Shown here: piece by piece, positions 1 through 7,059 of the stretch
How positions within the stretch are numbered: position 1 is the stretch's first letter
How the letters are laid out: the number at the start of each line of letters is the position of its first letter
IMG/VR virus record: IMGVR_UViG_3300046001_002592
Location: 1-25,173 of that record
Strand: one strand, 5' to 3'
Source: a virus
Taxonomy: Duplodnaviria > Caudoviricetes
Length of the DNA: 25,173 nucleotides
Made by a program: the position numbers and the translations under genes
Notes under the pieces: model-generated
What the model saw: only the letters and a program-made list of their open reading frames with translations
Database searches by the model: none
Told to the model about the DNA's origin: nothing

Positions 1-4
1 TGAT

Positions 5-84
5 TTACCGAAACCAGCTAGTTCAATTTCGATTGGCGCATCCTTTCGTGAAAGATGAGTTAGTCGGCTAACTGGTTTCGGTAA
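5..84 (-). promoter_or_regulatory. Long hairpin in the pL leader (RNase III site-like)
   Basis: Perfect 13-bp inverted repeat TTACCGAAACCAG (5-17) / CTGGTTTCGGTAA (72-84) with further internal pairing. It lies downstream of the boxA/boxB-like elements on the leftward transcript, as the lambda rIII hairpin does. Confidence 0.6.
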
Positions 85-85
85 T

Positions 86-147
86 GCCCCTCTTGCGAAG
101 GGCTTACTTTTGCTGGTACTTCCAGCTTTCCGAGTTTTTAAAGAGTG
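86..147 (-). promoter_or_regulatory. nutL-like antitermination site (boxA, boxB-like hairpin, GNRA hairpin)
   Basis: Minus strand reads CACTCTTTAAAAA (147-135, boxA-like), an 8-nt spacer, hairpin GCTGG-AAGTA-CCAGC (126-112), then GCCCTTC-GCAA-GAGGGGC (103-86). Confidence 0.6.
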
Positions 148-236
148 CTTGCTACAACTGCGGCTGGATTCCTAGCTCGGTGAGCGGTGATCCGGGCTGT
201 TACACCCTGCTGGCTGGTTGTTTGTTTCGATGACTC

Positions 237-265
237 ATTAAACCATAGGTTGATAAATATATCAA
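237..265 (-). promoter_or_regulatory. pL-like sigma70 promoter
   Basis: Minus strand TTGATA (265-260), 17 bp, TTTAAT (242-237) with an extended -10 TG. It mirrors pR at 1287-1315. Confidence 0.75.
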
Positions 266-277
266 GCACAAGTTGAT
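238..277. promoter_or_regulatory. OL operators (two 17-bp imperfect palindromes)
   Basis: TTAAAC-CATAG-GTTGAT (238-254) and ATCAAG-CACAA-GTTGAT (261-277), 6 bp apart. Consensus ATCAAC-N5-GTTGAT is shared with OR. Confidence 0.75.
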
Positions 278-282
278 TTTTT

Positions 283-291
283 TGATATGAT
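283..291 (+). promoter_or_regulatory. Candidate extended -10 promoter firing into the structured region
   Basis: TGA-TATGAT (TGn plus -10). The -35 position is a poor match and is covered by the operator at 261-277. Confidence 0.45.
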
Positions 292-297
292 TCGTCC

Positions 298-800
298 ATG
301 TCGCCTGGTAAGCGATACGAGTGATTAGGCAGAGATTGGAGAAAGTCCAGTCCGCGCTTCAGTTCCTAATCACTGAATGCGTGACCAAGCTGCCAATGAC
401 TTAAAGTTACCTAAGCCCTGGACAGCGAAAGCTCTCTGGGGCTTTTCATTGGCGCGTTACTAGTGCTAGGACTCCTGCTTAACCGGAGCTAGTAAGGCAA
501 CATCGGGCAAGTATGTTGCGGCGCTGAATGGGCTTGATTGTTGTCGCGGACTCAGCGGCAGGGCAATCAAGGCAAGTCTTACTGTGGGTTTAGCATCTGT
601 AACAGGACAATGGGCGGCGAAGTCAGCACCCATGATGCGAAAGGCTGATGAACCAATCAAAGTGACCGACGGGCGACGGAACCTAAGTCTTGAGATTGCA
701 AAGGATCATACCTTCTTCTAGGTATGGCTAACCTTGCTCTCTCGGGGCGATAGGTAAGTAATAGATAGTAAATAGGCAGAATTTCGTGAATTACTGCCTT
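298..800 (+). ncRNA. Candidate large structured non-coding RNA, family not identified
   Basis: Consecutive stems: 320-329/365-374 (10 bp), 392-399/446-453, 413-418/439-444 with an inner GAAA tetraloop, 457-463/489-495, 497-503/513-519, 533-540/564-571, 610-614/629-633, 681-685/751-755, 687-695/740-748 (G.U-rich), 707-713/720-726, 774-779/794-799. G.U pairs favour the + strand. No convincing ORF. Confidence 0.6.
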
Positions 801-844
801 AGTGATAAATCCTATTGGTCATACTCTTGCTGTGCGGTAGTCCG

Positions 845-1240
845 TCAGCCGGTAGATTGTGGCGTTTGCTTGGCTGGCATTTCGGCTACTAACTGGCGTG
901 CTTCTTTGACCAACATGCCAAGCCTTGCCAAATCAAGCTGGCCGGCGAGCTGAGTTAAATCGGCCATCCATTTATCGCGTTCCGTGGTTGGTTTAATAAC
1001 TGTTACGGTCAACGGCAAAACAGGCGTGTTTTTTTCGTCTATCACATTGCCAAGATACGGCGCACCTTCACTGCCAAGCAGATCAACAAGAAGAAAAAAA
1101 TTCTCACGGGAAATCTTGCCGGTCTTTACCCACTTAGATACGGCATTGCTGGATACGCTCATTTTTTCAGCAATCCAGTCCTGCGTAACCTTAAGGTCGC
1201 GCTTGCGGTTCGTTATGTATATGCCAAGTTCCGATTTCAT
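845..1240 (-). CDS. cI: CI-like repressor (XRE HTH, 131 aa, no S24 peptidase domain)
   Basis: HTH motif TQDWIAEKMSVSSNAVSKWVKTG; divergent from cro. Start moved to ATG 1240 (GAGGA upstream) because the track start at 1369 would overlap OR and cro. Confidence 0.8.
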   Translation of the reverse strand: MKSELGIYITNRKRDLKVTQDWIAEKMSVSSNAVSKWVKTGKISRENFFLLVDLLGSEGAPYLGNVIDEKNTPVLPLTVTVIKPTTERDKWMADLTQLAGQLDLARLGMLVKEARQLVAEMPAKQTPQSTG

Positions 1241-1274
1241 AGACGAATCCTCGTCTAAATAAATCAACTTCGGA

Positions 1275-1315
1275 ATAGACCAGGGGTTGATTAAAATATC
1301 AACCTGTGGTTTAAT
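1275..1315 (+). promoter_or_regulatory. pR promoter with two OR operators
   Basis: TTGATT (1287-1292), 17 bp, TTTAAT (1310-1315). Operators ATAGAC-CAGGG-GTTGAT (1275-1291) and ATCAAC-CTGTG-GTTTAA (1298-1314) are 6 bp apart, as at OL. Confidence 0.78.
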
Positions 1316-1322
1316 TGTTCGC

Positions 1323-1556
1323 ATGAAAGCCATATCAAAAGCCATCCAAGAAGTAGGAGCAAAAGCCATTGCAGACGCATGCGGCGGTATCTCTGTCCAG
1401 GCAGTTCATAAATGGGCTGATGGGAATGTTCCTGCTGATCGTTGCCCGACCATTGAACGACTGACTGGCGGCGTTGTTAGTTGCGAAGAACTTCGCCCTG
1501 ACGTTGATTGGGCTTATCTCCGTGGAACAAATAGCAAGGCAGTTTGCAATGGCTGA
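1323..1556 (+). CDS. cro: Cro/YdaS-family transcriptional regulator
   Basis: AIADACGGISVQAVHKW HTH and the characteristic C-terminal VPADRCPTIE...EELRPDVDW. ATG 1323 is 7 nt after the pR -10. Confidence 0.88.
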   Translation: MKAISKAIQEVGAKAIADACGGISVQAVHKWADGNVPADRCPTIERLTGGVVSCEELRPDVDWAYLRGTNSKAVCNG

Positions 1557-1782
1557 AAAGCTAACCGAAGAAATGACCGTAAAGCTATCCGCAACCGGCA
1601 AGCGGTTTGTATCTGTACGTGCAAAGCAAATGGGGTTCGAGTCTGGTGCTGAGTACATGAGACACCTTCTTTCAGTAGATCAGGAAAAAGCAGCTTCCGA
1701 TTTCAATCTACTGGCAGAGGCACTAGGTCACAACGTAATCAAAGAAACCTTGGGAAACCAAGTCGATAAGTCTGCGGCGTAA
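1549..1782 (+). CDS. Small ribbon-helix-helix-like DNA-binding protein at the cII position
   Basis: EEMTVKLS beta-strand pattern followed by two helices (..AKQMGFESGAEYMRHLL). Start overlaps the cro stop. Confidence 0.6.
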   Translation: MAEKLTEEMTVKLSATGKRFVSVRAKQMGFESGAEYMRHLLSVDQEKAASDFNLLAEALGHNVIKETLGNQVDKSAA

Positions 1783-1789
1783 TGCAGGC

Positions 1790-1876
1790 AAAGAAAAACC
1801 CGCTTCACAGGACGGCAATCCTCGGCGGGTTTGAATGCAACGAGGGAATTATGACTGAAATAGTAACTTGTAGCAA
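1790..1876 (-). ncRNA. oop-like short antisense unit (promoter plus terminator)
   Basis: Minus strand TTGCTA (1876-1871), 17 bp, CATAAT (1853-1848). Hairpin AAACCCGC (1796-1803) / GCGGGTTT (1825-1832) ends in a T-run on the minus strand. Confidence 0.5.
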
Positions 1877-3275
1877 ACCTGAGATAAGCGCCGGCCCTCC
1901 CGGTGGGTACTTGTCTTTCATTTCTGCAAAGCGCCACACGCTCGGCAATCATGGGTTTGAGGCTTCTTGGATTCCTGAAGGTGCTTTTGACTTTCAAGAG
2001 TGGATTATCCGCAAGGCTGTGAAGAAAGGTCGTATCGGCGTGTTTGCTGATACAGGTCTTGGCAAGACGCTAATCCAGCTCTCTATCGCAGAGAACGTCA
2101 TTAGAAAGACCAACAAGCGGGTATTGATTCTTACGCCGCTGGCTGTTGCCTTTCAGTTTATTCAAGAAGCAAACCGCATCGGGATTGATGACATAGAGCA
2201 TATCCGCGACGGTTCGCACATGACAAAGAAAATAGTCGTGTGTAACTACGAACGACTGCACCTTTTAAACCCGGATGATTTTGAGTGTGTGATGTTGGAC
2301 GAGTCGAGCATTCTTAAGAACTTTGCCGGAAAAACGCGGGATCTGATTGTCTCGTTCATCAAGAAAATACCGTATCGGTTTCTATCAACTGCTACACCTT
2401 CGCCTAATGACTTTATCGAACTAGGCAATAGCTCAGAGGCACTTGGTTACATGGGTTACATGGACATGCTGACCAAGTTCTTTAAATCGAATCAGGGAAG
2501 CGTTGATAGCAACAACCGGAACATAGGCGAGAAGTTTTACCTTAAGCCACATGCAGAGCGTGATTTCTTCGCCTGGGTGAATCAGTGGTCGGTAATGATT
2601 AAGAAACCGTCTGACATTGGTTTCTCTGACGACCGTTACAACCTACCTGAGTTAAAGGTTAATCAGCATCTAGTGCATAACTCGAATACGTGGTGCATTG
2701 ATGGTCAGACTTCATTGTTTGCCATGCCAGCTAAAACAATGACCGAAGTACGCGAAGAGCAAAAACTAACCGTCAAAGAGCGTTGTGAAAAAGGCGTTCA
2801 ATTAGCGGAAGGAAAAACCTCTGTTTATTGGTGCAACCTGAACGAAGAAAGCTCTTTGCTGAAACAGTTGGATCGTGACGCGGTAGAGATTATTGGCGGA
2901 ATGTCTATCGACCAGAAAGAGGAAATTCTAGTCTCTTTTGCTAAAGGCGAAATTAGCCGACTGATTACCAAAGCAAAGATGACATCAATGGGGTTGAACT
3001 GGCAGCACTGCAACCATACGGTATTTTTCCCGACATGGAGTTATGAGCAGTATTACCAAGCGATTCGTAGGTTTTGGCGCTTTGGTCAAAAGAATGAAGT
3101 CGTTTGCGACATGGTTATATCCGATGGTCAAGAGCGGGTTATTGAAGCGCTTAATCAAAAGATGGGTAAAGCCATTGAGCTATACGGAAATCTTGTCTCT
3201 TCCGCAAACCGTGATTTCACCATGAAGACAAGAGAATTCAACCAATACGCAAAAATGCCGGAGTTTCTGCAATGA
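1851..3275 (+). CDS. SF2/SNF2-like helicase
   Basis: Walker A ADTGLGKT, LDESS (DExx), TATP, and motif VI QAIRRFWRFGQ. Start at ATG 1851 after GAGGGA. Confidence 0.88.
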   Translation: MTEIVTCSKPEISAGPPGGYLSFISAKRHTLGNHGFEASWIPEGAFDFQEWIIRKAVKKGRIGVFADTGLGKTLIQLSIAENVIRKTNKRVLILTPLAVAFQFIQEANRIGIDDIEHIRDGSHMTKKIVVCNYERLHLLNPDDFECVMLDESSILKNFAGKTRDLIVSFIKKIPYRFLSTATPSPNDFIELGNSSEALGYMGYMDMLTKFFKSNQGSVDSNNRNIGEKFYLKPHAERDFFAWVNQWSVMIKKPSDIGFSDDRYNLPELKVNQHLVHNSNTWCIDGQTSLFAMPAKTMTEVREEQKLTVKERCEKGVQLAEGKTSVYWCNLNEESSLLKQLDRDAVEIIGGMSIDQKEEILVSFAKGEISRLITKAKMTSMGLNWQHCNHTVFFPTWSYEQYYQAIRRFWRFGQKNEVVCDMVISDGQERVIEALNQKMGKAIELYGNLVSSANRDFTMKTREFNQYAKMPEFLQ

Positions 3276-4306
3276 ACACTAAAGACCAAGTAGTTAATCA
3301 ATCCTACGCAATTTACAACAGTGATTGCATGGAAGTATTGCCAACACTTCCGAGTGAGTCTATCGACCTATCAATTTATAGCCCTCCTTTTGCTGGCCTT
3401 TACAACTATTCATCAAGTGAGCGCGATTTCTCCAACTGCGATAGCCGGGAACAATTCCTTGCTCAATACGATTTCCTCGTTTCTGAAATAGCCAGAGTAA
3501 CAAAGCCAGGACGTATTACTGCGGTTCATTGTACGGACGTATTCGATAACTCTTGCCGCCTATGGGATTTCCCGAATGAGATTATCCGCATCCATGAGAA
3601 GTATGGCTTTCAGTACCGTAACCGGATAACCATCTGGAAAGAGCCGCTTAAAGTTCGTATGAGAACGATGGTCAAAAGCCTAATGCACAAGTTGATCGTC
3701 GAAGATTCAACGCAGTGCTTTACGGCCATGCCTGATTACGTTTTGATCCTTACCAAGAAAGGCGAAAACGCTGTACCTGTAACGCATCCTGAAGGGCTTA
3801 AGCGTTACTTTGGTGATACGCCTATCCTACCTAACATTTTGCAGGCTTGGAACAACGCAAACGGCACAAAGATAACCGCTGAAGAACTATGGGATCGGCT
3901 TAAAACATCATTCACGGATCACGATGACCCAAAGAGTAACAAGCTGTCGCATTACATCTGGCAGCGGTACGCATCTAGCGTTTGGGATGATATTCGTATT
4001 GAGAACGTCTTACCGTTCCGCGATAGCAAAGAAGAGGATGACGAAAAGCACGTACATCCGTTGCAGCTTGACGTAATTGATCGGCTTGTCGAGCTATACA
4101 GCAACCCCGGTGAAGTTGTGCTTACGCCTTTTATGGGTGTTGGCAGTGAAGTGTTTAGCCCGGTTTCGCTCGGACGGAAAGCAATCGGCATTGAGCTAAA
4201 AGACAGCTACTTTAAACAGGCAAAGATAAATTTATCACTTGCAAGCGGTCGATTTAATGACGAATCAAGCCCGAAGCAGGTTGATCTATTTGCCGAGGCC
4301 GCATGA
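3272..4306 (+). CDS. DNA amino-methyltransferase (N4C/N6A, beta-class order)
   Basis: SPPF catalytic motif near the N-terminus; HVHPLQ and TPFMGVGSE SAM-binding motif near the C-terminus. ATGA overlap with the helicase. Confidence 0.9.
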   Translation: MNTKDQVVNQSYAIYNSDCMEVLPTLPSESIDLSIYSPPFAGLYNYSSSERDFSNCDSREQFLAQYDFLVSEIARVTKPGRITAVHCTDVFDNSCRLWDFPNEIIRIHEKYGFQYRNRITIWKEPLKVRMRTMVKSLMHKLIVEDSTQCFTAMPDYVLILTKKGENAVPVTHPEGLKRYFGDTPILPNILQAWNNANGTKITAEELWDRLKTSFTDHDDPKSNKLSHYIWQRYASSVWDDIRIENVLPFRDSKEEDDEKHVHPLQLDVIDRLVELYSNPGEVVLTPFMGVGSEVFSPVSLGRKAIGIELKDSYFKQAKINLSLASGRFNDESSPKQVDLFAEAA

Positions 4307-4623
4307 TGGAAAACTATCAAGAAATCACTAGCGGCGAAGAATTCACGCACGACTTTAGCGAATGGCTTGCTGCAAACATGCCGATTTATCGTGAGTTTGA
4401 GCGCCAAGCCATGCTTATTGCTTCCCGGCGTGATCGCTACTCAGCCAGGACTATTGCGGAAGGAATCAGGCATAACTCTGTTCTATCTGAACAGGGAAGC
4501 CAATGGAAGATCAATAACAACCGAATCCCGGATGTGGCGCGTTTGTTTTCTGTTTTGCATCCTGAGCATGAAGGGTTCTTTCAGTTACGTGATTCTGACG
4601 CACGCTTGGGGTTAGCAGCATGA
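4303..4623 (+). CDS. Hypothetical phage protein
   Basis: 106-aa ORF with ATGA overlaps on both sides. Confidence 0.7.
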   Translation: MMENYQEITSGEEFTHDFSEWLAANMPIYREFERQAMLIASRRDRYSARTIAEGIRHNSVLSEQGSQWKINNNRIPDVARLFSVLHPEHEGFFQLRDSDARLGLAA

Positions 4624-4946
4624 AATTCGACGCCTTTCAATATCTCTTATTGGCTGGCGTTGAAGAACAGATCGCCTCTGATTGGTTGGCACTTCGCAAG
4701 TCAAAGAAGGCGCCTCCAACTCAGACGGCTATCAACGCCATCGTAAAGCAATCAAACCTTGCTGGAATGACACTAAACGAAACCCTAGAAGCCTGTTGCA
4801 TGAATGGATGGCAGGGCTTCAAAGCTGAATGGGTAACGCCTAAAAAGTCATTTATTGACAAAAAAGCCAGCACGTTAAACCAACTCACAGGGCGAACAGC
4901 TGATGTTATCGACTTCAATCAAATGAGGTTGATAAATGCTGCCTGA
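4620..4946 (+). CDS. Replication initiator (O-like) C-terminal domain only
   Basis: GVEEQIASDWLALRKSKKAPPTQTA...CCMNGWQGFKAEW resembles the C-terminal domain of phage O-type initiators. It precedes the P-like gene. Confidence 0.65.
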   Translation: MKFDAFQYLLLAGVEEQIASDWLALRKSKKAPPTQTAINAIVKQSNLAGMTLNETLEACCMNGWQGFKAEWVTPKKSFIDKKASTLNQLTGRTADVIDFNQMRLINAA

Positions 4947-5292
4947 ATCTTGGATAAATCGCCTGTTTTCACACTTTGAAGCTCTCTATGGCTCCAAGTT
5001 TGCAAACCTATGGCAAGGCACTGACATTGCTAACGTTAAACGCCTATGGGCTGAAAAGCTATCAGGCTTCGAGGATAAGCCAAAGGCTATCAAGCTGGCC
5101 TTGGATGCTTTGGACGAAAGACCATACCCGCCGACGCTTCCCGAATTCCTGACGCTATGCCGCACCGCAGCAAGACGGATTGGCACAGATACACCGCCAA
5201 TGCTTGAGCATAAATTCACTGAAGAAGAAATGCAGCGCAACCGGGAAAGGCTGGCGCGAATGATTGCCGGACTTGGCAAGGTGCATCAATGA
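4936..5292 (+). CDS. Replication protein P-like helicase loader
   Basis: LF..FEALYGSKF..LW and YPPTLPEFLTLC motifs; position after the O-like gene. Confidence 0.7.
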   Translation: MLPESWINRLFSHFEALYGSKFANLWQGTDIANVKRLWAEKLSGFEDKPKAIKLALDALDERPYPPTLPEFLTLCRTAARRIGTDTPPMLEHKFTEEEMQRNRERLARMIAGLGKVHQ

Positions 5293-5534
5293 GCGCACTA
5301 GACGCACTAGCCAAACTCCAAGACGCTCGGCAAAAGAAAGAAGCCAAGAAAAGCGAAGTCAAGCTATCTGATTATGACCGTGGAAACCTTCAGATATGGC
5401 TCGCCGGAAGGATGGCCGATGGTTGGACTTCAGAGGATAGGAAAGAGTATTTAGACGCTTGCAAAGATGAGTTTGCAAACCCTGTTGCGGGTGGAGTTGA
5501 GGCCGCTTGTGCTTTCTGGAAGTCAAAAAGATGA
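5289..5534 (+). CDS. Hypothetical protein
   Basis: 81-aa ORF with ATGA coupling to neighbours. Confidence 0.65.
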   Translation: MSALDALAKLQDARQKKEAKKSEVKLSDYDRGNLQIWLAGRMADGWTSEDRKEYLDACKDEFANPVAGGVEAACAFWKSKR

Positions 5535-5689
5535 ATGACGAACAGAAAGAACGATATGAAGAACGTGCAGGAATACTTGAATACTGCGCTGTCCTTCCTC
5601 GCGTCAAAGCAGAAGCCCTAGCAAGGGCAGAAGTAGAAACCTACCGACTCCATAGGGAGAAGGTCGATAGCGACAAGGTGAATTCATGA
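5531..5689 (+). CDS. Small phage protein with an EERAGILEY..LPR..AE motif
   Basis: Start moved to ATG 5531 (ATGA overlap), 52 aa. Confidence 0.65.
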   Translation: MNDEQKERYEERAGILEYCAVLPRVKAEALARAEVETYRLHREKVDSDKVNS

Positions 5690-6042
5690 GCGTTTGCCCT
5701 ACATGCGGCCAGCGTAAGCGCAGAAGCCTCCCGCAGAACTCAATCAGCCATGCTTGGTATCAGGACATGGCAAAGGCTTGCCGCGAGGATGACGCTAAAG
5801 GCTGGAAGCGTTATTGCAAGCTACACCACGGCATTCCAATTCTCAGGGCAGAGGATGAGGAATTCAAATACATCTACGACAACTCAATTCGCAAGATGAG
5901 TTACGAGCAAAAGCTGATGGCGATGGATTTCCTTCCGGTTACTTCTCTGATGAATACAGAGCAGTTATCGAAATACCTTGAATCTGTTCAGGCTGATTTT
6001 ATAAAGCGCGGCTTATCTCTGGAGTTTCCAGATGGCACCTAA
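5686..6042 (+). CDS. ninB: NinB/Orf-like recombination protein
   Basis: RSLPQN..HAW N-terminal motif and TSLMNTEQLSKYLE C-terminal motif; adjacent to ninG. Confidence 0.7.
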   Translation: MSVCPTCGQRKRRSLPQNSISHAWYQDMAKACREDDAKGWKRYCKLHHGIPILRAEDEEFKYIYDNSIRKMSYEQKLMAMDFLPVTSLMNTEQLSKYLESVQADFIKRGLSLEFPDGT

Positions 6043-6589
6043 GCCAAAAACCTGCAAATACTGCAAACAGAAATTCATTCCTGAACGGCCTAAAGCTATT
6101 TGTTGCAGTCCGGATTGCGCATACGACTATGGACTGAAGGTTAAAAGCCGCGCAGAGGCAATACAAAGCGCACAGGATCGCAAAACGATCAAGCTCCGGA
6201 TAGATGCTATCAAACCGTTAAGTTATTGGGCTGATAAGGCTCAGAAGGCGGTTAATGCTTTTATTCGCGCAAGGGATGAAGGACAGCCCTGTATCAGTTG
6301 CGGAAGGCATCACGCTGGAAAGGTGAATGCAGGACATTATCGGAGTAGGGGAGCAATGGCTGCGCTTCGATACCATCACGACAATATTCACCTTCAATGC
6401 GAACCGTGTAACACAGCAAAGAGCGGCAACCAACTGGAATACCGAATCCGGTTGATAAAGAAAATTGGCATTGAAAAGGTGGAATGGTTAGAAGGCAATC
6501 ACCTTGCGCCGCACTGGAAGAAAGACGATTACTTACGGATTGAAGCAGAGCATAAACAACTGTTAAAGGAATTGAAGAATGGATATTGA
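6032..6589 (+). CDS. ninG: NinG/Rap endonuclease
   Basis: CxxC..CCS.DC N-terminus, FIRARD..PCISCG, AGHYRSRGA, NIHLQCEPCN. Confidence 0.92.
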   Translation: MAPKPKTCKYCKQKFIPERPKAICCSPDCAYDYGLKVKSRAEAIQSAQDRKTIKLRIDAIKPLSYWADKAQKAVNAFIRARDEGQPCISCGRHHAGKVNAGHYRSRGAMAALRYHHDNIHLQCEPCNTAKSGNQLEYRIRLIKKIGIEKVEWLEGNHLAPHWKKDDYLRIEAEHKQLLKELKNGY

Positions 6590-6788
6590 GCGCGATAACT
6601 CTGGTGATGAATGCGATAGGGCCGATTATTTCATTGAGTCAGTAATAGATGACCACGTAAAGGAAGCAATGCGGAAAGCCGCTGAGATTCCGCAGGGCAA
6701 TCCTGGTGAATGCTCTCTTTGCGGGGAGTGGTCAGGAAGGCTAGTCAATGAAGCATGTTCGCCATGTCGTGATCGCTACGGAGTTTGA
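6579..6788 (+). CDS. TraR/DksA-family C4 zinc-finger protein
   Basis: DECDRA (DxxDxA tip motif), a helix, then CSLC...CSPC. Confidence 0.72.
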   Translation: MDIERDNSGDECDRADYFIESVIDDHVKEAMRKAAEIPQGNPGECSLCGEWSGRLVNEACSPCRDRYGV

Positions 6789-6789
6789 A

Positions 6790-7059
6790 ATGGGAAGAAA
6801 ACGCACCATCGGCCAAATCATCCGCAACAAAGCAAGAGAGCGTTCTATCACCGTTGCTGAGATAGTCAGAGAGACAGGCGCTAAACCTAACACCGTTCGC
6901 GTCGTACTGAATCAAGCAGCTATTCGGGGAGAGATACAGATAACACGCTTCTACCTAGGACATTCAGCAAGAGCTATTAAAGCGATTAGTCACGATGAAG
7001 GAATCGAGGCTAGGTTAGATTCATTGATATGTTCGTTATGTGGGAGTGTTGCAAAGTGA
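6790..7059 (+). CDS. HTH/winged-helix protein, candidate late regulator
   Basis: ITVAEIVRETGAKPNTVRVVL HTH. Start moved to ATG 6790 after GGAG. Confidence 0.6.
   Translation: MGRKRTIGQIIRNKARERSITVAEIVRETGAKPNTVRVVLNQAAIRGEIQITRFYLGHSARAIKAISHDEGIEARLDSLICSLCGSVAK

Noticed and set aside
466-660. 64-aa minus-strand ORF as a rex-like moron
   Set aside because: TTG start, no recognisable motif, and it lies opposite a run of stems that explain the sequence better. Not fully excluded.
298-800. tRNA, tmRNA, group I/II intron or CRISPR identity for the structured region
   Set aside because: No T-loop/CCA cloverleaf, tag frame, intron domain V or repeat-spacer periodicity recognised by eye.
1241-1369. 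N-terminal extension of cI given in the ORF track
   Set aside because: It would run through OR/pR and overlap cro; the HTH begins at ATG 1240.
1782-1850. Helicase start at 1782
   Set aside because: The stretch is a hairpin-containing intergenic segment; ATG 1851 has the SD.
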